A stretch of 64,000 nucleotides of DNA from Candidatus Heimdallarchaeota archaeon (lineage in GTDB: Archaea > Asgardarchaeota > Heimdallarchaeia > JABLTI01): positions 64,001 through 128,000 of the forward strand of contig JABCTZ010000046.1 of assembly GCA_018238155.1 (NCBI GenBank), read 5' to 3'. The position numbers were made by a program, and so were the translations under genes. Position 1 is the stretch's first letter, and every line of letters starts with the position of its first letter. Below, piece after piece: positions 19,421 through 29,037 of the stretch. Under the pieces are notes generated by a model. It did not search any database and was not told the DNA's origin. It was given only the letters and a program-made list of their open reading frames with translations.

Positions 19421-20668
19421 ATGAAAAAATTGGCAGACTTTTTTGTTGGCGAAGCTCTTCAAGGTAAAGGTAATGAGCTAGCCCATATAGATTTAATGAT
19501 TGGAGACAAGGATGGACCAGTTGGTTTTGCATTTGCTAATGGTATGACTCAATTATCGAAAGGGCATACACCCGTTTTAGCACTAATAAAACCAAACTTA
19601 CAACCACATCCTAGAACGCTAATTGTACCAAAAGTTACAATTGAAAATTTAGACCAAGCAGGGAAAATTTTTGGACCGGCACAAATGGCTGTAGCAAAAG
19701 CTGTTGCAGATGCTGCTGCAGAAGGAGATATCCCCAAAGATAAGCTCATGAACTATGTAGTAATTGTGAGTGTGTATATTCATCCTAAAGCTGAAAGCGA
19801 ATCTAAAATTTACTATTATAATTATGGTGCTACCCGATTAGCATTGAAACGAGCTCTCAGCAACTATCCACCAATGAAGAAACTCATTGCAGAAAAGGAT
19901 CGTGCAAGACACCCAGTGATGAAATTCAAACCTCAAACCCTCTGGAACCCACCTTATGTTCAAATAGCTTTAGATGTTGGTTCATTATCTACAGCAATTA
20001 ATATTGTTGAACAGCTTCCAAAATCTGAAAGAATGATCATTGAAATTGGTACACCATATATCAAGAAATATGGTATCGAAGAAACTGTTGGTAAAATGCG
20101 TGAGCTGAAACCAGGTGGCTATATTATTGCTGATATGAAAACACTTGATGTTGGTAGAGCAGAAGTAAATGCAGCCGCAGATGCAACTGCAAATGCTTGT
20201 GTTGTTTCAGGAATTGCTCCAATAGACACGGTAAAAGAATTCATTCGTGCTTGTAACAAAAGAGGTATTCATGCATGGATTGACTCCCTAAACACAAATC
20301 AAATTAAATTTATCGCTATGCTTGAAGCACTCCCAGAAAAACCAAAAGTAGTCATTTTACATAGAGGTATTGATCAAGAAGTTGCTCAAAAAGAAGGAAC
20401 AACAAAGAAAGAAGGAACTTCTGCATCACGCTCTGTATGGGGTGACATTAAGAAAATCAAAAAAATAACTGGTGGCTTAGTAGCCGTTGCAGGTGGTTTG
20501 AAACCTGGTAAACCACTAGCAGAAGCACTTCGTGCTGGAGCAGATATTATAATAGTTGGAAGATATATTTATCGAGCAAGTGATCCTCACAGAGCAGCGA
20601 TGCGATTCCTTGATGATATGGAAATCGAACCTGATACAATGAGACTCTTCGATAAACTTGATTATTAA
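19421..20668 (+). CDS. fae-hps: bifunctional formaldehyde-activating enzyme / 3-hexulose-6-phosphate synthase
   Basis: Fae domain (GEAL.G.GNELAHIDL, GHTP, FGPAQ.AVAKAVAD, NYGAT) fused to an HPS domain (QIALD, EIGTP, ADMKTLDVG, HRGID, AVAGG, IVGR). Confidence 0.93.
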   Translation: MKKLADFFVGEALQGKGNELAHIDLMIGDKDGPVGFAFANGMTQLSKGHTPVLALIKPNLQPHPRTLIVPKVTIENLDQAGKIFGPAQMAVAKAVADAAAEGDIPKDKLMNYVVIVSVYIHPKAESESKIYYYNYGATRLALKRALSNYPPMKKLIAEKDRARHPVMKFKPQTLWNPPYVQIALDVGSLSTAINIVEQLPKSERMIIEIGTPYIKKYGIEETVGKMRELKPGGYIIADMKTLDVGRAEVNAAADATANACVVSGIAPIDTVKEFIRACNKRGIHAWIDSLNTNQIKFIAMLEALPEKPKVVILHRGIDQEVAQKEGTTKKEGTSASRSVWGDIKKIKKITGGLVAVAGGLKPGKPLAEALRAGADIIIVGRYIYRASDPHRAAMRFLDDMEIEPDTMRLFDKLDY

Positions 20669-20729
20669 TTAGGAAGATTTATTTCTTCCTTTGATTTATT
20701 TTTTTTAGATTTCCACAGAATTATTTATT

Positions 20730-21086
20730 TTACTTATCTTCATTTTCAGATTTTTCTAATACTTTTTCTATATTATATTTGCAACTTAAGTCACTGATAG
20801 TTCTTCTAAATTGGAAGAATCGAATTGTACCAATTATTAGTATACCTATCCCAATTGTAATTAGAATCCAACCAAGGACAACCAAAATTAAAGTAGTTTC
20901 AATCAGCTTAATTAACCCAAATCCAACAGCAGCAAATGCTAATGCAGATCTTACATATGCTAGGAACGTTCTTTCATTTGCTAATGCAGTTCTATCTGCA
21001 GCGAGATGATCACGCATTATTAATTCATCTTTCTTCACACTATATACTGATTTATGTTCCGTTTTCCGCTTGTTAGATTTCTTCAT
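20730..21086 (-). CDS. DUF202 (YidH-like) membrane protein
   Basis: RDHLAADRTALANERTFLAYVRSAL followed by TM helices. Confidence 0.9.
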   Translation of the reverse strand: MKKSNKRKTEHKSVYSVKKDELIMRDHLAADRTALANERTFLAYVRSALAFAAVGFGLIKLIETTLILVVLGWILITIGIGILIIGTIRFFQFRRTISDLSCKYNIEKVLEKSENEDK

Positions 21087-21331
21087 ATCAGTTGACCTTC
21101 AATAGTTATTTTAACATTAACATTAAAAATTTTTACTTTATATTTGATGTGAAACAATCATTTCTGTGTTTATGTAATAATTTTGTTACAAGCCCATTCA
21201 ATGGAAATGGAGGTAAGTTAGTTTTTAACTAGTTCATGTTAATTTTACAAGCAAAAAATGCCGATTAAGAGTGAAAGTTTCTTCTTTGATGTTATTAAAA
21301 CCTATTTTAAAGATAAAGCCTATAATTAAAT

Positions 21332-21494
21332 TGGCGAAGAAAAAGCCTCCGAAAAAGACTAACGATATCTTTAGGATTGAGATAGATATCGGGTAGGATT
21401 TCCGAAGGATAAAGACCACGACAGAATATTGCAAAACTCTTCAATCTATTGGGTCTGCAAAACGCTTGAAATGGTCGTTTTTTCGCCATTTTTT
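21332..21494 (+). ncRNA. putative structured non-coding RNA (~160 nt, three-way junction), family unknown
   Basis: 11-bp closing helix 21332-21342/21478-21488 (one G-U on +). Nested stems 21346-21351/21403-21408, 21363-21370/21384-21391, 21414-21418/21472-21476 and 21422-21425/21454-21457. GC is higher than in the flanks. TTTTAAA lies ~25 nt upstream and a T6 tract follows directly. Confidence 0.5.
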
Positions 21495-21565
21495 ATGTAC
21501 AAAGTTTCAATAAATCTTCTACCAAATAAAATTATTACTCATTTGTTGGAAAATTGAAAAAGATT

Positions 21566-23293
21566 TCAAGCTAATTTTTTTAGCAATTCTTTAGAGGTCA
21601 GAGTATTCAAAATGTTCTTCTTTTCACACCAAGCTCTTCGAGCGATGTTTAATCCATAACCAATATTTTTTAGTTGTTGATGATTGTGGCTATCAGTTCC
21701 AATATAAAAATCAATCTTATTTTTAAAATCAAATACTACATTATCATCTACATCTAAGCGATTAGGGTTAGCATTTATTTCTAGAAATGTTTTCGTTTCA
21801 ATGCATTTTTCAATTATCTTAGAGAAATTTATTGAATATCCATCTCTTCTATCTAGTTGTCTTCCAGTTGGATGACCAATACCATTTACAAATTCATTGT
21901 CCATTGCAGTAATAATTCTCATAGTCATTTCCTCTTCGGACATATTGAAAATCGAATGAACGGATGCAATTACAAAATCTAAGTCTCTCAGTAATTTATT
22001 TGGAATGCTAAGTGAACCATCCTTTAGAATATCACATTCAACGCCTTGCAAAATTTCAACTGAAGAACTTTGGTTTATTTGTTCAATGGTTTTTCTTTGT
22101 TTAGCAATTTTTTCTTCGTTCATTGGATTATAGATTGGGTTCTTTCCGAAGTGATCTGTGATTATTAAATATTCATAATTTCTTTCTGTTGCTGTAAATG
22201 CTATTTCATCAATAGTAGATTTCCCGTCAGACCAGTTTGTATGAACATGAAAATCAGCTTTGATATCGTCTAGAGAAATTAAATCAGGTAAAGAATTCTT
22301 CTGCGCCAGCTCAATTTCTCCTCTATCTTCTCTAATATCCGGCGGAATAAAACTCATACCAATTGCCTTGTAAACTTCCTCTTCAGTTGTACTTGCAATG
22401 AGTGTTTTTCCTTCTTCATCAAATAAACCGTACTCATTCAAAAGTAAATTATTTCTATCTGCAATTGTTCGCAATTTTACAGTGTGATTTCTAGAACCGG
22501 TAGAATGGATTAAACCAGAACCACTAGATTGCTCTTTCAGGATTCTGAGGTCAACATTAATCCCATTAGTAAGTTTAACAGTTGTTTTAAGTGGACCTTT
22601 TACAACTATAACCTCTACACTATCCATTTGAGAGAAAATATCCATAATTAACTCAAAATCTTCTTCTTTTCCTATTGCATGTAAATCAATATCCCGTATT
22701 GTTGATTTTCTTCTTCTAATTGAACCGCCTATTTCTACACTTTGAATTTGATCTATTCCTTCAAGGAAGGTCTTTAAATTTAATGCAATTGGAATGACTT
22801 TGAAAAGAGGTCTCCGTTCCGATTTTACGAATGTTAATGCTCTAGTGATTTTAGCAATTTTTTTTTCAGTGAATCCAGGGAGTTCAGCTAATAACCCACT
22901 TTCGATTGCTTCTTCCAGATCGGTAATAGATTTAATGCCTAATTCTTTGTACAATTTGCCTGCTGTTTTACCACCAATGCCTTCAATTTTCATTAAACTT
23001 GTAACTTGGACAGGCACTTTTTGAGTTAATTTATCCAAATAGATTGTATTTCCATTTACTACTATCTCTTTTATTTTTTCGCTAATTGCATCACCAATAC
23101 CTGGTAATTCCTTAACTCGTTCTTCTTGAACAATAACTTCAATATCCTCTGCTGTTTGCTGTAAAGAATCAACTGCTTTTCGATAAGCCCTTATTTTATA
23201 GACGCTTTCACCAATAATTTCCAAAAGATCTGCTATTTGAGTTAGCTTTTCTATTACTAATTCATTTTTCATTGATATAAAACACTGCTCCAC
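21566..23293 (-). CDS. polX: DNA polymerase X with PHP domain
   Basis: AYRKA and HhH motifs, GSIRRRKSTIRDID, VDLR; PHP motifs HVHT.WSDG, TDH, GVECD, HPTGR, TDSH. Confidence 0.95.
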   Translation of the reverse strand: MEQCFISMKNELVIEKLTQIADLLEIIGESVYKIRAYRKAVDSLQQTAEDIEVIVQEERVKELPGIGDAISEKIKEIVVNGNTIYLDKLTQKVPVQVTSLMKIEGIGGKTAGKLYKELGIKSITDLEEAIESGLLAELPGFTEKKIAKITRALTFVKSERRPLFKVIPIALNLKTFLEGIDQIQSVEIGGSIRRRKSTIRDIDLHAIGKEEDFELIMDIFSQMDSVEVIVVKGPLKTTVKLTNGINVDLRILKEQSSGSGLIHSTGSRNHTVKLRTIADRNNLLLNEYGLFDEEGKTLIASTTEEEVYKAIGMSFIPPDIREDRGEIELAQKNSLPDLISLDDIKADFHVHTNWSDGKSTIDEIAFTATERNYEYLIITDHFGKNPIYNPMNEEKIAKQRKTIEQINQSSSVEILQGVECDILKDGSLSIPNKLLRDLDFVIASVHSIFNMSEEEMTMRIITAMDNEFVNGIGHPTGRQLDRRDGYSINFSKIIEKCIETKTFLEINANPNRLDVDDNVVFDFKNKIDFYIGTDSHNHQQLKNIGYGLNIARRAWCEKKNILNTLTSKELLKKLA

Positions 23294-23423
23294 TTTTCGA
23301 GAAAATCCATTTCTTGTAAAACATTGAAATAGAGATATTATAAAGATAGTGTTTTAAAAATAGAAAAAAATCTTTGAAAATAGATTGTTGTGAGAAAGAA
23401 ATAATAAGAAAAAGGTTATTTTG

Positions 23424-23663
23424 TTATTTTTTTACGTATGATTTCCAACCACCAACAATGTTAACCAACCGTTGGATTTCATTAATTTCTCCTACCAAAT
23501 CAATCAAAACTTTCTGCCAAGTACCAAACTTTTTAACATTAATTTTATCTGTACTAGGTGGTAAACTTAAAACGTAAATAATGGCCTCGTCATGATTGTT
23601 AAAATGCTTTACTTCTTCCTTATATGTAATAGAATATCTATCAACAGCGTTCATTGTAATCAC
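23424..23663 (-). CDS. small hypothetical protein
   Basis: 79-aa ORF with normal globular composition, co-oriented with its neighbours. Confidence 0.55.
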   Translation of the reverse strand: MITMNAVDRYSITYKEEVKHFNNHDEAIIYVLSLPPSTDKINVKKFGTWQKVLIDLVGEINEIQRLVNIVGGWKSYVKK

Positions 23664-23812
23664 TTCTAAACTATTAATAGTGGATTGATATATTCTCCTT
23701 CTCCTAAATGAAGATTGTCATCTAATTTAAGAGTGCTTCGTATATACTCAAAAAACATCTAACAAATAAAAACTTTTTTGGAAAAAATTAGCAGTAAACT
23801 AATCTAAATTGT

Positions 23813-24340
23813 TCATTTTGGTATCTTAATTCCATTTTCTTCTGCTTTTCTATTTAATAAACTTTTAAATTCCTTTGCTTTTTGTTTTAAATTTACTTCA
23901 TTGATTTTCTCTCCACACTTCATAAGATCAATTATTGTTTGAATATCAAAAAACAAAAAATGTCGAATTATAAAACTCTTTGATCTTCCTGCATTGTATT
24001 TCTCCAAAGCCTCTTCAAGATACTTTCTCTTATTAGATTGTAATTTATTCCAATTACTATAACCGATTTTTTTAATTTCATCTAAATGTTTCAACCATAT
24101 TTTATTTGTATTAAATCCATTCCAATCTTTCAAATTATTTATCTTTTCGCAAGGTGTATCAGAACAATCCGCACAGCTCTCTAAATTTTTGTTAAAATTA
24201 CAGCACTTGTAAGTAGCACAATATTTGCAATGAGCATCAAGTCCACATCCTAAGCATTTTGACTTCCCATCAATGTGATATCTTGGACAAAGATTGCATG
24301 ACATTCCACAACAACCGATTAAAAAATATTTTTTGCTCAT
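23813..24340 (-). CDS. DUF3795-like Cys-rich protein
   Basis: GCCGMSCNLCPRY...CLGC...C..YKCC...SCADCSDTPC pattern. Confidence 0.82.
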   Translation of the reverse strand: MSKKYFLIGCCGMSCNLCPRYHIDGKSKCLGCGLDAHCKYCATYKCCNFNKNLESCADCSDTPCEKINNLKDWNGFNTNKIWLKHLDEIKKIGYSNWNKLQSNKRKYLEEALEKYNAGRSKSFIIRHFLFFDIQTIIDLMKCGEKINEVNLKQKAKEFKSLLNRKAEENGIKIPK

Positions 24341-24515
24341 TGCCCAATTACCTTGCCATTCAAAATTCCATTAAATTAAATAGCTTTTAAAATTAAATAA
24401 TTAATATCTTCTTAAACTTATTTGATTTCGTATGTAATTGATTTCAGACTATTATGTGGAAATTTATAAGTGAAAGAATAAAGACTACTATCAAGAAAAA
24501 AAAGAACTGATTTAT

Positions 24516-25220
24516 ATGAATAATGAAAAAAAAAACGATAGAACATCTGAGGAAAACTTCGAAACAGAAGAAGTTACAAGTCCATATATGTCAGAAGAAG
24601 TTATACTTAAGAAGAGAACTCCTTTTCATGCAATGTGGATGATCTTCAGAATACGTGCTTGGAGGATTCTAGGACATCATCCAGCTTGTAGTCGATATAA
24701 AAATCATTACTTCAAAATAGGTTCTTTTATTTTTTGCATCGGTTGTTTAAGCATTTATTCTGCGATATCAGTATATCTTATTTTATTTTTTACTATTCCA
24801 TCCATCTTCAGGTATAATATCACAGTGATAAGCATACTACCTTTTGCAGGCTTTGGTTTAGCAATTAGTCATATTTTTCTAAAAGTCAAAAATAAATGGC
24901 TAAAAGCCGTCTTTCGATTTTCAGCAGGATTTGGTATAGGTGCATTTGGAGCAATTATTATTGCTGTCTTCAAATATTATTGGTGGTTAAGCATTATACT
25001 TTCTGTGTTGTTATTGACAGGTAATCAATTATATGGTATAAGTCGAGGACGTAATGCAAATAGAAAAGAATGTATTGATTGTCCCTTAGCTAACGGTGAC
25101 CCTCCTTGTGAACCGATAAGAAATACAAACATTCGAATTCGAAAAGTACATGAAATCATAGATGAAGAACTTCAAAAAGCACAAAATCCATCTCAAAGCA
25201 AAGGTAAGAAAACCGACTAA
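24516..25220 (+). CDS. DUF2085-like membrane protein with Cys/His metal-binding motifs
   Basis: GHHPACSRY.NHYF...FCIGC, about 4 TM helices, and ECIDCP...PC. Confidence 0.65.
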   Translation: MNNEKKNDRTSEENFETEEVTSPYMSEEVILKKRTPFHAMWMIFRIRAWRILGHHPACSRYKNHYFKIGSFIFCIGCLSIYSAISVYLILFFTIPSIFRYNITVISILPFAGFGLAISHIFLKVKNKWLKAVFRFSAGFGIGAFGAIIIAVFKYYWWLSIILSVLLLTGNQLYGISRGRNANRKECIDCPLANGDPPCEPIRNTNIRIRKVHEIIDEELQKAQNPSQSKGKKTD

Positions 25221-25338
25221 AATCACCATCGCTAAAGTTCTTACCCATTCAATCAAAATCATTATTAATTATAAAACAATGAAGAGTATAGGTTATTATT
25301 TAAATTAAGAATATTATAATTTGTGGGATGGTAAAAAA

Positions 25339-25827
25339 ATGTCTAAAGAAGAACAATTTGAATCTACTTTTGATGATACTGAGGAAAATTTCAAGGAATC
25401 CTCTGAGGAGCAGAGCTTTACTCCACCAGAAGAACAACAAGAATTTGGTGAGTACAATGAAATTATTGACAGTGAAGAGATACAAAAGAAGAAGAAACGT
25501 AAGAAAATATGGTTACTAGTTATTTTTGCAATCATTTTGCCTATTCTACTTATTGCTGGAATTGTTATTGTTATTATATTAGCAGTGGTTGGCTTAATGG
25601 AAAGCTGCTGTTCTCAATGCGGTCAATCCTGTTGTACTGCTTGTGGTGAGAGCTGCTCAGAGAGTTGTTCTTCAAGTTGTGATAATGCTTGTCAAAATTC
25701 ATGTAGTAATTGTAGCTGTGACTGTAATAACAGCATTACAACAGTATCTCTAAAAGAGACAATTATCAGTCAATTGAAACTTGTAAGATGGTTTTTCACT
25801 TATTTATTAGGGATTTTCAAATTTTGA
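25339..25827 (+). CDS. CxxxC-repeat Cys-rich membrane protein 1
   Basis: Acidic N-terminus, KKKKRKK, ~30-aa hydrophobic segment, 14 Cys mostly at period 4, amphipathic C-tail. ATG at 25339 preferred over TTG at 25321. Confidence 0.8.
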   Translation: MSKEEQFESTFDDTEENFKESSEEQSFTPPEEQQEFGEYNEIIDSEEIQKKKKRKKIWLLVIFAIILPILLIAGIVIVIILAVVGLMESCCSQCGQSCCTACGESCSESCSSSCDNACQNSCSNCSCDCNNSITTVSLKETIISQLKLVRWFFTYLLGIFKF

Positions 25828-25918
25828 AATCCCTTTTTGATTTCTTTACTGTTGTTAGTAAAAGTTTTTTAATAATATCACACACATTGATTCTAGTTAT
25901 TATTATTGGGGTTAAGAA

Positions 25919-26239
25919 ATGGCAGAAAATTTTGATTCAGAATTAGATCCAGAATTAAAAAAGAAGAAAAAGAAGAAAATTCTCCTAATAATCTTGGCAA
26001 TTGTTTGCCCAGTTATAGTTATTGTTACAATTGTTGTTTTGGTTATACTAGCAATAACTGGTGCAGTCCAGGGATGTTGTTCCTCATGTGGTACAGCTTG
26101 TTGTAGCTCTTGTGGAGAATCTTGTGGCAACTCTTGCTCTTCTAGTTGCAATAGTTCAATTGAAATTTCAATCAGAGAGACTATTATAAATCAAATTAAG
26201 AACATCAAATGGTTTTTCTATTATCTCTTGAATAGGTGA
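25919..26239 (+). CDS. CxxxC-repeat Cys-rich membrane protein 2
   Basis: Paralog of 25339..25827: K7 tract, hydrophobic segment, CCSSCGTACCSSCGESCGNSCSSSC, ETIINQIK..KWFF.YLL. Confidence 0.8.
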   Translation: MAENFDSELDPELKKKKKKKILLIILAIVCPVIVIVTIVVLVILAITGAVQGCCSSCGTACCSSCGESCGNSCSSSCNSSIEISIRETIINQIKNIKWFFYYLLNR

Positions 26240-26325
26240 TTTTGTAAAAAAATCATCATTTTTCTTTTATTTTTAAAAAACCAGGTATTTATTTAATTTA
26301 ATCAGAAAGTTAAATTAAGAAGAAT

Positions 26326-28059
26326 ATGTTTGATTTATTGGTGGTTAATTCATTGCCAGAACATGCTAAAAAAATCGGATTTGTCTTAGGAGTTTCATCG
26401 GATCAAGAACGAATAATTGTTCGTTTAGATGAAAATGTTGAACATGAAGACATCGTTGAGGGAAATTTCGTAAGCATACCATTAGCAAATGGAAATACAT
26501 TGATTGGCAGGATAATCACAATTCGTGCTGAGAATCCACAATTAAGTGATGAACGATACGCAAAATTCTGGATGGATAGACTTCGACGATCCCTTGAGTC
26601 AAGGTCTATGTTAGAATTTACTGAATATCATGTTGTTGAAGTTATTCTAGTTTCAAATATATCCCATGAAGGAGAACTTTCGACACCAAATGCTTGGGTA
26701 AGCCCTGGTTCAATGGTTTTTGAATGCAGAGATGATTTACTAAAATTGGCAGTATTTGGAAAAGAAAAAGGAGCAATGGATATAGGTTTCTTTGCAGAGC
26801 ACTCTGGAGAAATGGTTGTTAAACTGAATCCAAATACACTTGGTTCAGATGGATTAGCTATTTTTGGTTCAAGAGGTAGTGGAAAATCTTATGCGGCTGG
26901 AGTAATCATAGAAGAGTTTTCAGAGTTTGGTTTACCAACTCTAATTGTTGATCCTCATGGAGAATATTGGGGTCTTTCTCATACGAAAGGTCCAAAAAAG
27001 ACATCTTCTTTACCTAAATATTCCGTCAAAGTATTATATCCAAATCGTTATCTCCCCAGATATTTTAGCTATATGGAAAAAATGTCAAAGAAATTAGGAG
27101 GTAATTTTACTTTTGAGCCTGTTACAATGCTATTTTCAGAAATATCTACTTCTGAAATGTTCAATTTTATGTATGATTTAACTAGCCCACAAAAAGAGAA
27201 ACTTGAAAACACTTGGTATGGTATTCGAGATACTTTCGGATTTGCAGTTTGTTATGATATTGATGGATTCTTAGGATTTGGAATAGAGAACAATATAATT
27301 GATGGCAGTAGTCGAAAACCTATTGTTCGAAAACTTGAAGTGTTTAGAAAAATGGGCTTTTTTACAGAATTGAATGGAGCCATCTGTCATCTCTCGGGTT
27401 CAATCATACAAGAATACGATGCAAGGAATCGTCGAATAGAAAGTCAGGATAAAAAGAAAGATTTGAGTAATCTTAGCAGCGTGAAAAATAATTTCTCAGC
27501 AGAACAAATAACGATTTTAGATGTAAGTCAACCAGGTATGGATGAGCGTGCTCGAAGAATTTTCGTCTCGAGTTACTTAAATCGGTTAAGGAGAACGATG
27601 GAAAATAAGGAAATTCAAAGAGTCTTTCTCTTAATTGAAGAAGCGCATCGATTTATTCCAATAGGAGAATCAATTACAAAACGATCTATAGAATGGTTTG
27701 CTCGAGAAGGACGGAAGATGGGTGCTGGTTTGGGTATTGTAAGTCAAAGACCAAGTGGTCTAGATAGAGATATCCTATCACAATGTAACTCAAAACTCAT
27801 TCTAAGAATTACTGAACAATCAGATATTTTAGTTGCAAAAGATATTCTCGCAGGATTTGCTGAAAGGTATGTCGGATTATTACCGTATCTCGAGAGAGGA
27901 ACAGGCGTTCTTTCCGGAGCAGCTCTCCGAATACCAATTTTAGTTCAATTTAGAGAGAGAAAATCATCTTCGAAATATGGTGAAACTGTTGCTCTAGTAT
28001 CAAATCCGGAAAATAAAATGAAATCAAGAGATACTGAGAAGACTTTCTGGGAAAAATAA
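26326..28059 (+). CDS. HerA-like (DUF87) ATPase with N-terminal HAS-barrel-like domain
   Basis: Walker A GSRGSGKS, VDPHGEY, Walker B LLIEEAHRF, AREGRK and VSQRPS motifs. Confidence 0.9.
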   Translation: MFDLLVVNSLPEHAKKIGFVLGVSSDQERIIVRLDENVEHEDIVEGNFVSIPLANGNTLIGRIITIRAENPQLSDERYAKFWMDRLRRSLESRSMLEFTEYHVVEVILVSNISHEGELSTPNAWVSPGSMVFECRDDLLKLAVFGKEKGAMDIGFFAEHSGEMVVKLNPNTLGSDGLAIFGSRGSGKSYAAGVIIEEFSEFGLPTLIVDPHGEYWGLSHTKGPKKTSSLPKYSVKVLYPNRYLPRYFSYMEKMSKKLGGNFTFEPVTMLFSEISTSEMFNFMYDLTSPQKEKLENTWYGIRDTFGFAVCYDIDGFLGFGIENNIIDGSSRKPIVRKLEVFRKMGFFTELNGAICHLSGSIIQEYDARNRRIESQDKKKDLSNLSSVKNNFSAEQITILDVSQPGMDERARRIFVSSYLNRLRRTMENKEIQRVFLLIEEAHRFIPIGESITKRSIEWFAREGRKMGAGLGIVSQRPSGLDRDILSQCNSKLILRITEQSDILVAKDILAGFAERYVGLLPYLERGTGVLSGAALRIPILVQFRERKSSSKYGETVALVSNPENKMKSRDTEKTFWEK

Positions 28060-28191
28060 CCTCATTTTCCTTTACTCAATTTCTGAGAATGTTCAAACAT
28101 ACATTTAACTTTATCTATTTTTTACCGTTTCATATCAAAAAACTACTATATTTTTTTTGAGAACAAATAGAATGTAAGTTAGTGGTTAACA

Positions 28192-28986
28192 ATGTTATTT
28201 GAATATCCAGCTATAAATCAATCTGCTCTCATTCCTTTATTCGAACAGAATACTTACCTGTTCATTGTCTCGAAAACCATTTTAAGAGAAGGTAATGGTA
28301 GAATATTAGTTGACGATATTGAAAATCCACAAGTTGCATTATTGTCATATAAAGTATTCGAAATTGTAACAGGTAATGTTAAATCATTACACGCAAAAAC
28401 AATACTAGAAAATATACGTGAAAATCGTTTGGTCATTTTTCCAAATGAGAAATGGTCGGAATTTGCAAAGGAACAAATAAATATCACTCCATACCCACGG
28501 ACTAAATTTTCTTCTTCAAAATTAGATATTGAACATCTAAACAAATTACTTGAAAGAAAACTTGTAGAAGGATTTACACTCCACAAAGTAGATGTTGAAA
28601 CAGTTTATAATATGAATATTAAACTAGCACCGGCATTTCTGCCATGGTTTGACTCTCCTGAAGCTTTTGTCCATCGAGGGTTGGCATATTGTATCAAAGA
28701 AGGAGAAAAAGTAGTTAGTATTGTTGCAGCTGCAATGCCTATTTATGATGATGAATTTGAGATTCAAATTTTAACAGATGATAATCCGAAATATCGTCGA
28801 AAAGGATTTGCAACTATTGCAGCTGCAGCCTTACTAAAAGAAAGTTTAGAAAGAGGGTTAACACCTCATTGGGATGCAGACAATGAAATTTCAACGAAAT
28901 TGGCATTAAAACTTGGTTTCACAGATCCAAAATACTATAATGCTTTTATTTGTACAGATATCCAAACAAAAAGAAATGGAAAATAG
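28192..28986 (+). CDS. GNAT family acetyltransferase
   Basis: KYRRKGFATIAAAAL, PHWDADNEIS.KLALKLGF motifs. Confidence 0.88.
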   Translation: MLFEYPAINQSALIPLFEQNTYLFIVSKTILREGNGRILVDDIENPQVALLSYKVFEIVTGNVKSLHAKTILENIRENRLVIFPNEKWSEFAKEQINITPYPRTKFSSSKLDIEHLNKLLERKLVEGFTLHKVDVETVYNMNIKLAPAFLPWFDSPEAFVHRGLAYCIKEGEKVVSIVAAAMPIYDDEFEIQILTDDNPKYRRKGFATIAAAALLKESLERGLTPHWDADNEISTKLALKLGFTDPKYYNAFICTDIQTKRNGK

Positions 28987-29037
28987 ATTTTTTAAAGTAG
29001 TATTTTAAATCATTTCTTCAGGTCATTTTATTTAATC

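Noticed and set aside
21332-21488. Assignment of the structured element as RNase P RNA, SRP RNA, 5S rRNA, tRNA or c-di-GMP riboswitch
   Set aside because: Lacks the RNase P P4 strands, the SRP helix-8 consensus, 5S/tRNA conserved motifs and the complete c-di-GMP-I P1/P2 architecture.
21307-21489. 60-aa minus-strand ORF MAKKRPFQAF...
   Set aside because: No recognisable motif or SD, and it coincides exactly with the base-paired island, which is better explained as RNA structure. Not fully excluded.
26326-28059. Canonical herA of the herA-nurA-mre11-rad50 repair operon
   Set aside because: None of the partner genes is adjacent, so no gene symbol was assigned.
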